Below are positions 18,891 to 27,672 of a stretch of DNA of 64,000 nt, in pieces. A program made the position numbers and the translations under genes. Every line of letters begins with the position of its first letter. The stretch's first letter is position 1. The notes beneath the pieces are model-generated. The model made no database searches. It was not told the origin of the DNA and worked only from the letters and a program-made list of their open reading frames with translations. Where the stretch lies: contig CAVZMH010000022.1 of the NCBI GenBank assembly GCA_963776345.1, positions 256,001 through 320,000 on the forward strand. Direction: 5' to 3'. The DNA is from an uncultured delta proteobacterium. Lineage in GTDB: Bacteria > Myxococcota > Myxococcia > Myxococcales > Myxococcaceae.

Positions 18891-20921
18891 ATGGCCGCGC
18901 CGCGCACCGTTCGCACCATGTGCCCGATGAACTGCCATCCCACGCTGTGCGGGATGCTGGTGGACATCGATCCGGACGGCCAGGTGACCGCGGTGCGGGG
19001 CGACCCGGGGAACCCGGACAGTCGCGGCTTCCTCTGCCAGCGCGGCCACGCGAGCCGGGAGATCATCGGTAATCCCGAGCGCCTGCTCCATCCCCTGCGG
19101 CGCAGGCCCAGGAGTGGATCGTGGCAGCGCACCTCCTGGGACGACGCGCTGGACACCATCGCCGCGACCTCGCGGGCGGTCGGCGCGGAGGCGGTGGGCG
19201 CCTGGTCGGGTCACGGGCTCTTCGCCAACAGCTACGGCACCCGGCTGCACTCCGAGCTGCTGCGCCGCTTCGCGAACCTGGCCGGCTGGCAGTGGTGGAC
19301 CCCATCGATGGTCTGCTGGGGTCTCGGTGCCTTTGGCCTCGCCTTGACCGGAGTGTTGAGGGTCCACACGCCGGAGGACCTGGCGGCGAACGCGGCGCTC
19401 GTTCTCCTCTGGGGAGCCAACCTCGCCAGCCAGCCGACCACCGGGCGGCATCTCCAGGCAGCGCGTCGACGGGGAGCGAGGGTGGTCACCCTCGACGTGC
19501 GCCGCACCGAGGCCTCGGCGCTCTCGGACGAGACGTTGCTTCTCCGGCCCGGCACGGACGCCGCGCTGGCGCTGGGGATGATGAGCGTCATCGTCTCGGA
19601 GGGGCTGCACGACCGGGAGTTCGTCGCCTCGCACACCGTCGGCTTCGAGCAGCTGGCCGCTCACCTGGCCCGTCACCCGGCGGAGTGGGCGGCGGAGGTC
19701 ACCGGCGTGCCCGCTCGAGCAGATCGTGTCGCTCGCCCGGCGCTACGCGACGACCCGCCCGGCGATGATCCTCCTGGGCGGGAGCTCGATGCACAAGGGT
19801 GCGCACGGCTGGGAGGCGGGACGCGCCGTCGCCTGCCTCCCGCGCGCTGACCGGCAACCTCGGTGTCCGTGGCGGTGGCATGGGCCCGCGGCACGGCGCA
19901 CGCGCGCACGGGCAGATGCTGGCCGACATCGCCGGCCAGCGCCGGTCCTCCACGCCCGTCGTCCCGAGCCAGATGTCCCGGGTGACGGAGGCGCTGGAGG
20001 ACGGTCGGGTGCGCGCGCTGCTCCTCTTCGGCACCGACCTGCTCTCGTCGTACGCCGACTCGGGCCGGGTGAAGGCCGCGCTCGGGAAGCTCGACCTGGT
20101 CGTCTCCCACGACCTGTTCTGGAACGGGACGGCGCGGGAGCACGCCGACCTGGTCCTGCCCTCGACCTCGTGGCTGGAGGACCTGGGGTGCAAGAGCACC
20201 AACACGCACCTCTACCTGATGCCGAAGGTGCTCGAGCCACCCGGCGAGGCGCGCTCGGTGACGCGGATCCTCCGCGAGCTCGCCCGCCGGCTCGACCTCG
20301 CCGACTTCTTCCCCTGGTCCGACGAGTCCGGACCACTCGATGCGTTGCTCGATCACCCCTCCACAGGTCGCGCCACCGTCCAGGCGCTCTCGGCCGAGGG
20401 TGGAATCTGGCCCCTCGCCATCTCACCGGTGGCCTATCCGGACCTCGCGTTCGACACGCCGTCGGGCAAGGTGGAGCTCGTCTCCGAGCGGGCCACGGCG
20501 TCTGGGCCTTCCTGCGCTGCCGGTCTTCACGCCGCCCGGGCCGCGGACCGAGCCGCTGGCGCTCCGGAGCGGGCGAACGCTGACCCACTTCCACGCCTTC
20601 TACGACCAGGGCCGGGCCTTGCCCTCGCTGGCCCGCGCCGACCCCGAGCCGGTGCTGTGGATCTCCCCGGCCGACGCGGCGGCGCGCGGGATCGGCGCCG
20701 GTGACCCGGTCCGGATCCACAACGCGCGGGGCGAGCTCTCGGCCCGGGCGGAGGTGACCGACCGCATCCCGGCCGGCACGGTGTGGATGCACGACGGATG
20801 GTCCGGGCTGAACCGCCTCACCTCGGGCGCGCCGGTCCTCCCCGACGAGGCGGTGGAGATGCCCGGCTTCTCCGGCGGCCAGGCGGAGTACGAGGCCTTC
20901 GTCGAGGTCACGCTCGGATGA
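18891..20921 (+). CDS. Molybdopterin-dependent oxidoreductase, DMSO-reductase superfamily (three apparent +1 frameshifts, near 19716, 19843 and 20501)
   Basis: N-terminal Fe-S motif CPMNCHPTLC...C, RPGTDAALALG, ALTGNLG..GGG, ADLVLPSTSWLE, TPSGKVEL, C-terminal molybdopterin dinucleotide-binding domain, spread over four ORF segments. Confidence 0.88.
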
Positions 20922-21322
20922 CCACCGTTCCCATCCTGCGGGTCGCCCGACCCACCGACGACATCGAGGCGCAGCTGCCCTTCTACTGCGACGGCCTCGG
21001 GCTCCAGGTCCTCGACTCGTTCGAGGACCACCAGGGCTTCGACGGCGTGATGCTCGGCCTGCCCGGGGCGCCGTACCACCTCGAGCTCACCCACCGGCGC
21101 GGCCACGAGGTCGGCCGGTCGCCGACCCGGGACAACCTGCTCGTGCTCTACCTGCCCGACCGGGGGGAATGGACGCGTGCGGTGGCGCGGATGCAGAGCG
21201 CCGGGTTCGCGCCCGTCCCCTCGTACAACCCCTACTGGGACGTCGCAGGCAGGACGTTCGAGGACCCCGACGGGTACCGGGTGGTGCTCCAGTGCGCTGC
21301 GTGGCCCGAGGCGCCGGGCTAG
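20918..21322 (+). CDS. VOC/glyoxalase family protein (YycE-like)
   Basis: LRVARPT, FYCDGLGL, SYNPYWD, TFEDPDGYRVVL; ATGA-coupled to the oxidoreductase. Confidence 0.9.
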   Translation: MTTVPILRVARPTDDIEAQLPFYCDGLGLQVLDSFEDHQGFDGVMLGLPGAPYHLELTHRRGHEVGRSPTRDNLLVLYLPDRGEWTRAVARMQSAGFAPVPSYNPYWDVAGRTFEDPDGYRVVLQCAAWPEAPG

Positions 21323-22779
21323 AGCTGGAAGAACGGCTCGAGGTCCGGCACTCCGGTCTCCCCGCTCTCGTGGGTGAACTCGTTGGTCCGTGACGAGTAG
21401 CGGTAGTCGGCGCCCCAGGCGTCGGCGTTCTTGACGGACGCGCGCACCGCCTCGGTCAGGGCGTGGACCTCGGCGGTGGTGGTGGTCGGGTGCAGCGACA
21501 CCCGGACCCATCCCGGCTTCTCCGAGAGGTCGCCGTGGTCGATCTTCTCGGTGATGCGCGAGGAGCGGTTCGGGTCGACGTGGAGGAGGTAGTGCCCGTA
21601 GGTGCCGGCGCAGGAGCAGCCGCCGCGGACCTGCACCCCGAAGCGGTCGTTCAGCAGCCGCACCAGCAGGTTGTAGTGCAGGTCCTCCACGTAGAAGGAG
21701 ACGATCGGCAGCCGGTCCTCGAGGTGATCGGCGAGGATGTGCAGCTTCGGGATGGTGCGGAGCTCGGCGAGGAGGAGCCGCAGAAGCTCGTGCTCCCGCT
21801 CCCGGATGCGCGAGGTGCCCATCGCCTCCTTGAGCCGCACCGCGAGGGCCGCCTTGATGGTCTGGAGGAAGCCGGGCGTCCCGCCGTCCTCGCGCGCCTC
21901 GATGCCGTCGACGAAGCTGTGCTGCTTCCAGGGGTTGGTCCAGTTGACCGTCCCACCGCCCGGCTGGTCGGGGACCCGGTTGTGGTACAGCCTCGAGTCG
22001 AAGACCAGCACCCCCGGCGTCCCCGGGCCCCCGAGGAACTTGTGCGGCGAGAAGTACACCGCGTCGAGCTTCTCCAGCGGATCGGCCGGGTGCATGTCGA
22101 TGTCCACGTAGGGAGCGGACGCGGCGTAGTCGACGAAGCAGTAGCCGCCGTGCCGGTGCATCACCCGCGCGAGCGCGTGCACCGGCGGGCGCACTCCGGT
22201 GACGTTGGAGCAGGCAGTGAACGCGCCGATCTTCAGCGGGCGATCGCGGTACTGCTGGAGGAGCGACTCGAGGGCACCGAGGTCGACGAGGCCCCGCTCG
22301 TCCGGAGGCACCACCTCCACGGTGGCCACCGTCTCCAGCCACGAGGTCTGGTTGGAGTGGTGCTCCATGTGGGTGAGCAGGATCAGCGGCCGGAGCTCGT
22401 CGGGGAGGCGGCAGAACGGCGCCAGCTGTTCCGGGAGGCGGAGCCCGAGCATCCGCTGGAGCTTGTTGACCACCGCGGTCATCCCGGAGCCCTGGGTGAT
22501 GATCACGTCGTCGGGCGCTGCGTTGACGTGCTTCTTCAAGAGACCCTGGGCCCGCTGGTAGGCCCGGGTCATCGCCATTCCGGTGGCGCTGGACTCCGAG
22601 TGGGTGTTCCCGACCAGCGGACCGAACTGCTCCACCAGCCGCCGCTCGATGGGCGCGTAGAGCCTGCCGCTCGCCGTCCAGTCGGCGTAGAGCAGCGCCC
22701 GCTCGCCGTACGGGCCGGAGAGACGGTGATCCACGCCGACGATGTTCGCGCGGAACTGCGCGAAGAACTCCTCGAGCAT
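21319..22779 (-). CDS. PLP-dependent class V aminotransferase (cysteine desulfurase / selenocysteine lyase-like)
   Basis: YADWTASGR, MEHHSNQTSW, SNVTG, SPHKFLGGPG (PLP lysine), EDGGTP, RGGCSCAG. Confidence 0.9.
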   Translation of the reverse strand: MLEEFFAQFRANIVGVDHRLSGPYGERALLYADWTASGRLYAPIERRLVEQFGPLVGNTHSESSATGMAMTRAYQRAQGLLKKHVNAAPDDVIITQGSGMTAVVNKLQRMLGLRLPEQLAPFCRLPDELRPLILLTHMEHHSNQTSWLETVATVEVVPPDERGLVDLGALESLLQQYRDRPLKIGAFTACSNVTGVRPPVHALARVMHRHGGYCFVDYAASAPYVDIDMHPADPLEKLDAVYFSPHKFLGGPGTPGVLVFDSRLYHNRVPDQPGGGTVNWTNPWKQHSFVDGIEAREDGGTPGFLQTIKAALAVRLKEAMGTSRIREREHELLRLLLAELRTIPKLHILADHLEDRLPIVSFYVEDLHYNLLVRLLNDRFGVQVRGGCSCAGTYGHYLLHVDPNRSSRITEKIDHGDLSEKPGWVRVSLHPTTTTAEVHALTEAVRASVKNADAWGADYRYSSRTNEFTHESGETGVPDLEPFFQL

Positions 22780-22947
22780 CGAGACTCCTCGAGTGCAGCA
22801 TAGCTCAACCAGCTCCGCGCGGTCGGCCTCGTCGCCGGGGAACCAGTCGCTCCTGGTGGGCTCGACATCGACCGGCGCGGCTTCCGCGGCCGTTCCCCGC
22901 CGCGCAGCGCCGCCTCCTCCCCTCCAACTAGCAGCGGCCGGGCATCG

Positions 22948-23385
22948 CTAGGGCGCGCGCGGCGGGTCGTGGACGACCAGCACGTGGCAATTCGCATGGT
23001 CCGCCACCTTCGCCGCATTCGTTGCCAGGAGCCGGTCCCAGCCGCCGAAGCCGTGGCTGCCGACGACGATGAGCTCGGCCCCGACGCGTCGCGCCGCGGC
23101 GAGGATGGCCTGCCAGGGCTGGGGGGTGTCCAGGTCCGGCGGCTCGATGACGATCCGCCGCCGATGGGCGGCGAGCGCCTCGAGGCTCTGTCGCGCCCGG
23201 GACTCGAGCTGCGCCGGGAACGGATCCGGCTCCGTGGCCGCCGCGGGCGGGAAGGGCGGAGGGACGGTCACCGCCCGGAACAGGTGAACCTGGCCATCGA
23301 ACCGCTCGGCGATGGCCAGGGCGGCGTTGAGCACGCCCTCCGAGCGAGAGGAGTCGTCCACTGCGGCGAGAATCACGGAGTACAT
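22948..23385 (-). CDS. Universal stress protein
   Basis: MYSVILAAVDDS..S start; LIVVGSHG.GG..RLL.TNA.KV...A.CHVLVV. Confidence 0.88.
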   Translation of the reverse strand: MYSVILAAVDDSSRSEGVLNAALAIAERFDGQVHLFRAVTVPPPFPPAAATEPDPFPAQLESRARQSLEALAAHRRRIVIEPPDLDTPQPWQAILAAARRVGAELIVVGSHGFGGWDRLLATNAAKVADHANCHVLVVHDPPRAP

Positions 23386-23487
23386 CGCTGGTCCCGTCCT
23401 TCCTACCCCGATCCGACCTGTCGGCCCCCAATCCTCGCGCACAAACTGTGCTGGCACCTTCCTCGGTCCGGGTGCACCGTTCACCGC

Positions 23488-23868
23488 ATGCCACTCGTTC
23501 GAGTCGATCTGCCCCGCGGAAAGAGCCCTGAGTACCGCCGAACCCTCGGCGACGTCGTCTACGAGGCGATGATCAAGGAGATCAACGTCCCGGCGAACGA
23601 CCGGTTCCAGGTCATCACCGAGCACGCTCCGGAGGATCTGGTCATCGACCGGACGTACCTCGGCATCGAACGCAGCGCCGAGTGCGTCGTGATCCAGGTC
23701 TTCCTCAACGAGGGCCGGACGACGGAGCTGAAGAAGGCCTTCTACCGCGCGGTCGCCGAGGGTCTCCACCGGCGCCTCGGCCTGAGAAAGCAGGACGTCC
23801 TCATCACCCTGGTGGAGGTGAAGAAGGAGAACTGGTCCTTCGGCAATGGCGAGGCGCAGTACGCCTGA
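23488..23868 (+). CDS. Tautomerase family protein (4-OT/MIF superfamily)
   Basis: Starts M-P (catalytic Pro1); DRFQVITEH, GRTTELKKAFY, ENWSFGNG. Confidence 0.92.
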   Translation: MPLVRVDLPRGKSPEYRRTLGDVVYEAMIKEINVPANDRFQVITEHAPEDLVIDRTYLGIERSAECVVIQVFLNEGRTTELKKAFYRAVAEGLHRRLGLRKQDVLITLVEVKKENWSFGNGEAQYA

Positions 23869-23981
23869 CCGAGCCGGACGCCGGGCTCGCCGCATCGGTC
23901 CTGGTTGACGGCGAGTCCCCCGCTCGAGCCAGAGTGCGGGCCCAGGTCGGCCGAGCGAGCCGAACCGCGGAGGTTTCCCGG

Positions 23982-24764
23982 ATGAGCGCTGCCATGCAGA
24001 CGGAGAGCGTCGCGCCGGTCGTCGCCAGCTGGACGCGCTTCTCGCGTCACCTGAGCCAGGATTTCCTCGGCGGCCCGAGGGTCCTCAAGTTCGCCTGGGT
24101 CATCAACGTGCAGAAGGGCGGGACGCTGCTCTTCATCGCCGCGCTGATGCTCGCCTACCGGAATTTCTCCACCGCGGCCTGGGTGTACCTCGCCCTGCAC
24201 GGCACCTACGGCCTCTGCTGGCTGCTCAAGCACGTGGCGTTCCCCGACCCGTCGTGGGAGCGGCGCCTCACCTTCGGCGGCGCGTTCATGAGCGTGGCCA
24301 CGGTGCTCGGGCCCTACTGGCTCTTCCCGTTCCTGCTCGTCTCGGACGTGCTCGGACCCCGCGCGGCGCCCGGGCTGCCGCTGCTCGCCCTCTGCATCGG
24401 GCTGCACACGCTCGGCGTGGCGATCATGCTCAGCGCCGACTGCCAGAAGTACTTCACCCTGCGGGTGCGCCGCGGGCTGATCGACGACGGGATGTTCCGC
24501 TACACGCGGAACCCAAACTACCTCGGCGAGATGATGGTCTACGGGAGCTACGCGCTCCTCGTCGCGCACTGGATTCCCTGGGCGGTCCTGGCGTGGGTGT
24601 GGATCGGGATCTTCTTGCCCAACATGCTGAACAAGGACGCGTCGCTGTCGCGGTACCCGGGATGGGCCGGGTACAAGGCGCGAAGCGGGTTGCTCCTGCC
24701 GAGGATCCTCCCCACGGCGGCGCCGCACCGCCCGGAGCCGGTCGCGGGTGACCGGGCGGCCTGA
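23982..24764 (+). CDS. DUF1295 / steroid 5-alpha-reductase / ICMT-like membrane protein
   Basis: Several TM helices; AD.QK and GMFRYTRNPNYLGEMMVY motifs. Confidence 0.85.
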   Translation: MSAAMQTESVAPVVASWTRFSRHLSQDFLGGPRVLKFAWVINVQKGGTLLFIAALMLAYRNFSTAAWVYLALHGTYGLCWLLKHVAFPDPSWERRLTFGGAFMSVATVLGPYWLFPFLLVSDVLGPRAAPGLPLLALCIGLHTLGVAIMLSADCQKYFTLRVRRGLIDDGMFRYTRNPNYLGEMMVYGSYALLVAHWIPWAVLAWVWIGIFLPNMLNKDASLSRYPGWAGYKARSGLLLPRILPTAAPHRPEPVAGDRAA

Positions 24765-24883
24765 GAGCGCTCGTCGGAGTCCGCCCGGGCCGCGGAGGCC
24801 TGTGCTGTGTTGTTGCGATAGCCTCTCGTGCGCCGAGAGCAGGGCCCCCGGGCGCTGCCTCCCGATGCGGATCCGGTGAGCGC

Positions 24884-25624
24884 ATGAATGACACCGCTCC
24901 ATTCCTCGAGGCGACCGACTCGCTCGACCGCGACGCCCCGGCCGTGAGGGCGGCGGTCGCCCGCGTTGCCGGGGGAGCGAGGGACGACGTCGAGCGCGCG
25001 GTCCGCATCCACGACTTCGTCCGTGACCAGGTGGAGTTCGGATGGGCGCCGACGTTCGACGCGGGCCGCGCCTCGGAGACGCTCGCCAGGAAGATCGGGT
25101 TCTGCAACACCAAGACCCCGCTCTTCGTGTCGATGCTCCGGGCCGCCGGCATCCCCGCGCGCATCCACTTCGCCGGCATCGACACCCGGCTCCTCGCGCC
25201 GCTCATCGTGCCCCGCGGCCCTTACGTCGACCACTCCTATGCCGAGGCGTTCCTCGGCGGTCGCTGGCTCCATGTCGACAGCTACATCGTCGACCTGCCG
25301 TTCCACCGGGCCGCGCTCGAACGGCTCCGCGCCAGCGGCCGGACCATCGGCTTCGGGCTCCACTCCCACGGGAGCCCGACGTGGGACGGTCGGTCGGACA
25401 GCTTCGTACAGTTCGTGAACGACGGGAGCTCGCCCGCCCTCAGCGACGTCGACTTCGGGATCCACGCCGACGTCCCCGCCTTCTACGCCACCGGGAAGGC
25501 TCGTACGCCACTCAACCCTCTCTTCCGCTTCCTCGTGCTCCGGCCGGTCCTGGCCGCCGCCAACAGGCGCGTCCGCGCCGTCAGGTCGGGGGCAGAGACC
25601 GGCCCCGCGTCGAGCACCCCATGA
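24884..25624 (+). CDS. Transglutaminase-like domain protein
   Basis: GFCNTK, LRAAGIPAR, H.YAE.FLGGRW..VD (Cys-His-Asp triad). Confidence 0.88.
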   Translation: MNDTAPFLEATDSLDRDAPAVRAAVARVAGGARDDVERAVRIHDFVRDQVEFGWAPTFDAGRASETLARKIGFCNTKTPLFVSMLRAAGIPARIHFAGIDTRLLAPLIVPRGPYVDHSYAEAFLGGRWLHVDSYIVDLPFHRAALERLRASGRTIGFGLHSHGSPTWDGRSDSFVQFVNDGSSPALSDVDFGIHADVPAFYATGKARTPLNPLFRFLVLRPVLAAANRRVRAVRSGAETGPASSTP

Positions 25625-25747
25625 CCGCGCCAGGCCGCGGAGGCCGGGCGGCACGCGCACCGGGATAGCCGACGGGCGGGAGGCTCGCGTCCGCGGGGGG
25701 CAGACCGCGTCGAGGTCGTCCCCGGCCGCGCTCGCTTCGCCTTCGGA

Positions 25748-26653
25748 TCAGTGCGTCCGGGTCTCTGCCGCCGAGCTGACCTCTCCGTACTTCTTCTCGT
25801 ACTCGCGTCGCGCGCTCTCCACCCACCCCTCGCGCTCGATCCGCCCCTTGAAGCTGGGCAGCCGTGCGGTCACCGCCGCGACGTCGTCCATGCCCCAGTG
25901 CATCACCTGCTCGAACCGGTAGATGCCCATCCGGTGGAGGAGGCGCTGGAGCACCGGGCCCACGCCGTGAATGAGGATCAGGTTGTCCCGCTCCTGCTTC
26001 GGCGGCGGGGCGGGGCTGGCGCGCATGGATGCTGGCCGGGTCTGCGACGCGGCGATCTCCTGCGCGAGCGCGTCGAGCCGCCGCTCGACGCCGGAGAGGT
26101 CTACCACGCTGGCGATCGCCTGGAGGGGTCCGAGGTCGACCGCCGGCACCGGTCTCCGCGCGAGCTCGTCCACCCGGTCCGCCACCGCGTCCAGGCGGCG
26201 CTCCAGCCCCGAGAGGTCGGGGGCGCGCAGCGCTGTCAGCGCCGCGGTCACGCTCGCCAGCTTCGAGGTCACCTCGCCGCCGTCGCCCTGCAGCCTCTCG
26301 AGCTTCTGGACCATCGGTGTCAGGTCGAGCGCCGGCGGGGTCGGCGCCGGTCTCCGGGCGAGCTCGGACACGGTCCCCTGCAGCGCCTCCTGGCGCTCGA
26401 GGAGCCGGTGCAGGTCGGCCGCCGCGGACCCGGCCGTCGGTCGGGCCTTCAGCTCCTCCATCATCCGCGCCAGGAGCTCCAGGCGCGTGGCGAGCGCGGA
26501 TGGCAGCACGCCGGTCGGTGCGGTGGCGCGGAGACGCTCCGCCTCGGCAGTCAACGTCGCCACCTCTCGCATCCGCAGGAACCAGGCGATCAGGAACCCG
26601 ATCACCGCCGCGGCCAGCAGACAGAGGAGGATCTCGGAGATCAGCGCGAGCAT
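25748..26653 (-). CDS. Membrane-anchored coiled-coil protein with C-terminal helix-hairpin-helix domain (COG3743/DUF4332-like)
   Basis: N-terminal TM; repeated DL.GxERRLDA coiled-coil segments; DNLILIHGVGP..L..MGIYRFEQV..W...GRIEREGWV. Confidence 0.8.
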   Translation of the reverse strand: MLALISEILLCLLAAAVIGFLIAWFLRMREVATLTAEAERLRATAPTGVLPSALATRLELLARMMEELKARPTAGSAAADLHRLLERQEALQGTVSELARRPAPTPPALDLTPMVQKLERLQGDGGEVTSKLASVTAALTALRAPDLSGLERRLDAVADRVDELARRPVPAVDLGPLQAIASVVDLSGVERRLDALAQEIAASQTRPASMRASPAPPPKQERDNLILIHGVGPVLQRLLHRMGIYRFEQVMHWGMDDVAAVTARLPSFKGRIEREGWVESARREYEKKYGEVSSAAETRTH

Positions 26654-26675
26654 CGTTCGGCCTCCACCAGGGTTG

Positions 26676-27524
26676 CTACCTGAACAGCGTGAGATGGATG
26701 CGGCGGTTCAAGGCGCGGTCCTCCGCGGTGCGCTCGGGCACCAGCGGGCGCGAGCTTCCGAAGCCGGTGGTCTCGATGCGCGCCGCCGCCACGCCGCGCC
26801 TCACCAGGGCTGCCTTCACCGTCTCCGCCCGCCGCTCGCTCAGCGCCTGGTTCTCCTCGACCGTCCCCGAGGCGTCGGTGTGCCCCTCGATGCGCACCCG
26901 AACCTCCGGGTCCTTCTCCAGGATTCCGCCGATCGCCCGCAGCACCCGGAAGCTCGAGGGCAGGAGCGCCGCGCTCCCACTCGCGAACTCGATGACCGTC
27001 CCGCCGAGCAGGGTGTCCACCTCCTGCTGCAGCGGCTCGGGCCTCGTGGCGACGGTGACCTGCGTCACCACGTGCATCCCGCCGGAGGACGCCTCGACCC
27101 GCCGCTCCAGCGTCTCCTTGCTGGCGGAATCGGGCACCTCGGCCACGAGCTGCACCTGTCCTGCGCCGACGTGCAGCTCGCGCCCGGAAGGAAAGAAGGT
27201 CCCCACCAGCGGACCGAGCCGGTCGGCCAGCGGACCCACCTCCGGGCTGTCGATCAGCCGGTCGACGACGCGCGTTCCCTCGGCGGCCCTTTGCAGCTCG
27301 GCCACCACCCGCGCGTGCTCCTCGCCCGGGCGAACGACTCCCGAGAGGAGGATGTCGTCGCCGCTCCGGGCGACGCTCACCTGCGCCGGGCCCGGGGTGG
27401 GCGCCGGGACCGCCGCCGCCACCGGCCGGGGAGCGATGAGCCCCCAGTGGCGATCGAGGCAGAGGAGGAAGACCGCACAGAACCCGAGGACACCGAGGAA
27501 CCACACCCGGATGGAGTTGCCCAT
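26676..27524 (-). CDS. BON-domain + OmpA-C (peptidoglycan-binding) membrane protein
   Basis: N-terminal TM; ILLSGVV and V.LVAEVPD BON-like segments; IEFASGSA, IEGHTD..G...N..LSERRA, NRRI. Confidence 0.88.
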   Translation of the reverse strand: MGNSIRVWFLGVLGFCAVFLLCLDRHWGLIAPRPVAAAVPAPTPGPAQVSVARSGDDILLSGVVRPGEEHARVVAELQRAAEGTRVVDRLIDSPEVGPLADRLGPLVGTFFPSGRELHVGAGQVQLVAEVPDSASKETLERRVEASSGGMHVVTQVTVATRPEPLQQEVDTLLGGTVIEFASGSAALLPSSFRVLRAIGGILEKDPEVRVRIEGHTDASGTVEENQALSERRAETVKAALVRRGVAAARIETTGFGSSRPLVPERTAEDRALNRRIHLTLFR

Positions 27525-27590
27525 GCGAACCGCTCCTCGGAAGGCGCCTTCCGGGGGAGGTCCTACACCTCTTGGTCGTGGGGGAGATCG

Positions 27591-27648
27591 TGCACCTTGG
27601 TGCCGATCCACGCCGGCCGGGGCGAGGCCATCCTGCACCTTGGTGCCG
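27591..27648. promoter_or_regulatory. Two identical 15-bp near-palindromic boxes (TGCACCTTGGTGCCG), putative operator
   Basis: Exact copies at 27591-27605 and 27634-27648, each with a GCACC-TT-GGTGC dyad, upstream of the BON-OmpA gene. Confidence 0.55.
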
Positions 27649-27672
27649 GTCCGGCCTGCGTCGACGCCTCGC

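Noticed and set aside
18891..20921. Selenocysteine or programmed frameshifting in the molybdoenzyme
   Set aside because: The breaks are single extra bases, not in-frame TGA codons. No slippery heptamers were seen, and the candidate ligand is Cys.
27591..27648. The repeated boxes as sigma-54 promoters on the minus strand
   Set aside because: GG-to-GC spacing is 9 nt rather than the required 10.
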